DNA of 64,000 nt from positions 5,752,509-5,816,508 of the forward strand of contig CM082586.2 of NCBI GenBank assembly GCA_040954595.2, read 5' to 3'. The position numbers and the translations under genes were made by a program. This DNA is from Balanoglossus misakiensis. Its lineage: Eukaryota > Animalia > Hemichordata. The notes under the pieces were generated by a model, which saw only the letters and a list, made by a program, of their open reading frames with translations, had not been told where the DNA came from and did no database searches. Below, piece after piece: positions 62,452 through 64,000 of this stretch (position 1 is the first letter of the stretch; every line of letters starts with the position of its first letter).

Positions 62452-63999
62452 TTACGATAAAATTGTAGCAATGTTTAAGTTTCCTTCATGAACTGAAGCC
62501 AAGGCATTATTGATGCACCACATGTTTATAAAGACGTCAGTTTTTGAGCAGTTTCTGTAGTAGGTAAATTCATTGATTAAACGAGAACGTACACGGACTT
62601 TAAAGAGATCGACAAGGGAAAAGCTTTGGTTTGAGATTCCTTCAGTAAGAGCTATGTGACGGGTAATATGAATTGAGAGTTTAGCAGTAACAAAAAGAAA
62701 CATTAAAAGGGGGCTGGTATGTTTTGTAACATCTTTGTTACAGACTGGCCCTAAAATGAACCACCAATAAGGAATTTTGCACACAGTACCCAGGATGCGT
62801 TGACACAAGGTACGAATGATCTTGAAAAGAGGATTTAACCGAATACACTCGAGAAAAATATGGAGCAAGTCGTCTTTGGTTTGACAGAAAACACAGTTTG
62901 GGGTGGGGGCATAATTACAACTAAACATAAAAGTACCGGTAGCATATGCGCCATGCAGTATGCGCCACTGCAGGTCACCGTGTGATTTTGGAATAAGTCT
63001 AGTGTAGCACAATTTAAAATCAGGTTTAATACTGTCTGGCAGGGACAAAACATCTCTCCAAACTGTATCCTGACGATTGGGGAGATTATTACACATAGAA
63101 ACATTAATGAGAAATTTGTAAATTTCACCTTTTTCACTTTTGTATAATGGGCAGTTGAGGAGGACATCGGGTTTCGAGTATACCAACTCAAACAAGTAAG
63201 AGTACTCGTTGGATCTAGTGTCTGAAATGCCCTTAAAAAATTTCCTAATTTCCTTTATCCAATTAATTGGTAAGGAGCTATGAATAGTTTGAAGAGTGCG
63301 GATGAAGATCCTCATAGAGTGAAATTGAACTTTGTCTTTAAAATAATCTGCAGTGTGCCACATCTTTCTGTCAATATTAATTAGGTCCGCGACCTTGGTA
63401 ATGCCAGCATCAACCAGATTTTGAACTATGGTAGTTTCATGCCCAACAGAAAGTTGAACCAGGTCATTATAGAAAAGAGGTTCGTTAAGAATATCACAAA
63501 TAGCTGTGGGATGATCTTTCCTAAGTCTTTTAATCAAATTCCATGTTTTGAGGAGATCACGATAAAATAAAGGCAAAGTTCCTGGTATCGAAGGAATTTC
63601 AATTGCAAGAAGTTGAGCGCCATAATCTAGAGCATGGACTGTTTTAAAATAGTATTCCAAGAAAGAAAACGAAGGATGATCCAGGGAGGAATGGAGAAAC
63701 CTCTGCAAACGTTGCAAACGGAAAGCATTGATCCGAACAGGAAGACAAACGAGGTTTTGACCCCCACTTTCAATGCGAGCATAAAGTAAGTGAGCTGGAA
63801 GCCAGTGCCGGCCTTGCCAGAAGAAATCAAGAAAAGTATTTTGAATATAAGAAATGATATCAGGGGGAGGAGATAAACAAACTAGTCTATGAAACAGTTT
63901 AGTAGCAGCCAGATGATTAATAACAATTACACGCCCCCGATATGACATAGCTTTTACAAACCTTGACCACCAAGAAAGCTTATTATTGATTTTGCGAAC
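62452..63999 (-). CDS. Tx1-like ORF2 polyprotein, post-RT region and CCHC zinc knuckle (5'-partial)
   Basis: Uninterrupted frame open to the window edge. Tx1 ORF2 motifs SYRGRVIVINHL, DFFWQGRHWL, ESGGQNLV and GDLQWRILHG are present, plus zf-RVT CVFC..DDLLHIFLEC. Confidence 0.9.
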   Translation of the reverse strand, partial: VRKINNKLSWWSRFVKAMSYRGRVIVINHLAATKLFHRLVCLSPPPDIISYIQNTFLDFFWQGRHWLPAHLLYARIESGGQNLVCLPVRINAFRLQRLQRFLHSSLDHPSFSFLEYYFKTVHALDYGAQLLAIEIPSIPGTLPLFYRDLLKTWNLIKRLRKDHPTAICDILNEPLFYNDLVQLSVGHETTIVQNLVDAGITKVADLINIDRKMWHTADYFKDKVQFHSMRIFIRTLQTIHSSLPINWIKEIRKFFKGISDTRSNEYSYLFELVYSKPDVLLNCPLYKSEKGEIYKFLINVSMCNNLPNRQDTVWRDVLSLPDSIKPDFKLCYTRLIPKSHGDLQWRILHGAYATGTFMFSCNYAPTPNCVFCQTKDDLLHIFLECIRLNPLFKIIRTLCQRILGTVCKIPYWWFILGPVCNKDVTKHTSPLLMFLFVTAKLSIHITRHIALTEGISNQSFSLVDLFKVRVRSRLINEFTYYRNCSKTDVFINMWCINNALASVHEGNLNIATILS

Positions 64000-64000
64000 A

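Larger units (their letters stand above)
61961..64000 (-). mobile_element. Tx1/L1-clade non-LTR retrotransposon, 3' part (runs off the window)
   Basis: ORF2 C-terminus at 62452 to the window end, a ~490-nt 3' UTR, and the terminus AATAAAGGATTATTTTCAAAAGTCAAAAAAAAGT on the minus strand directly followed by (CAT)n. Confidence 0.88.

Overview
AT-rich eukaryotic (animal) genomic DNA with GT-AG spliced genes, microsatellites and transposon debris. A marine invertebrate deuterostome such as a hemichordate is my inference from gene content and is not verified. I rebuilt four protein-coding genes by hand from splice sites and reading phase. (1) A 10-exon, minus-strand, anion-selective Cys-loop receptor subunit (glycine-receptor-like, 8398-18234). 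(2) A 5-exon, plus-strand, 1064-aa multidomain gene (35896-40155) with a GT4/GT-B glycosyltransferase-like domain with degenerate catalytic motifs, a TRADD-N-like domain, a long coiled coil and a six-bladed NHL propeller; every intron is phase 1. This is the most interesting locus and resembles a modular innate-immune/conflict protein. (3) A single-coding-exon 342-aa orphan ORF (46117-47145). (4) A 7-exon, minus-strand alpha-arrestin lacking PPxY motifs (51524-61426). The window ends in the 3' part of a Tx1/L1-clade LINE whose tail abuts a (CAT)n microsatellite. Also present are a palindrome-bounded Crypton-like element, short MITEs and several local duplications. No rRNA, intact tRNA or CRISPR was found. 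Domain assignments come from motif recognition by eye, not from database searches.
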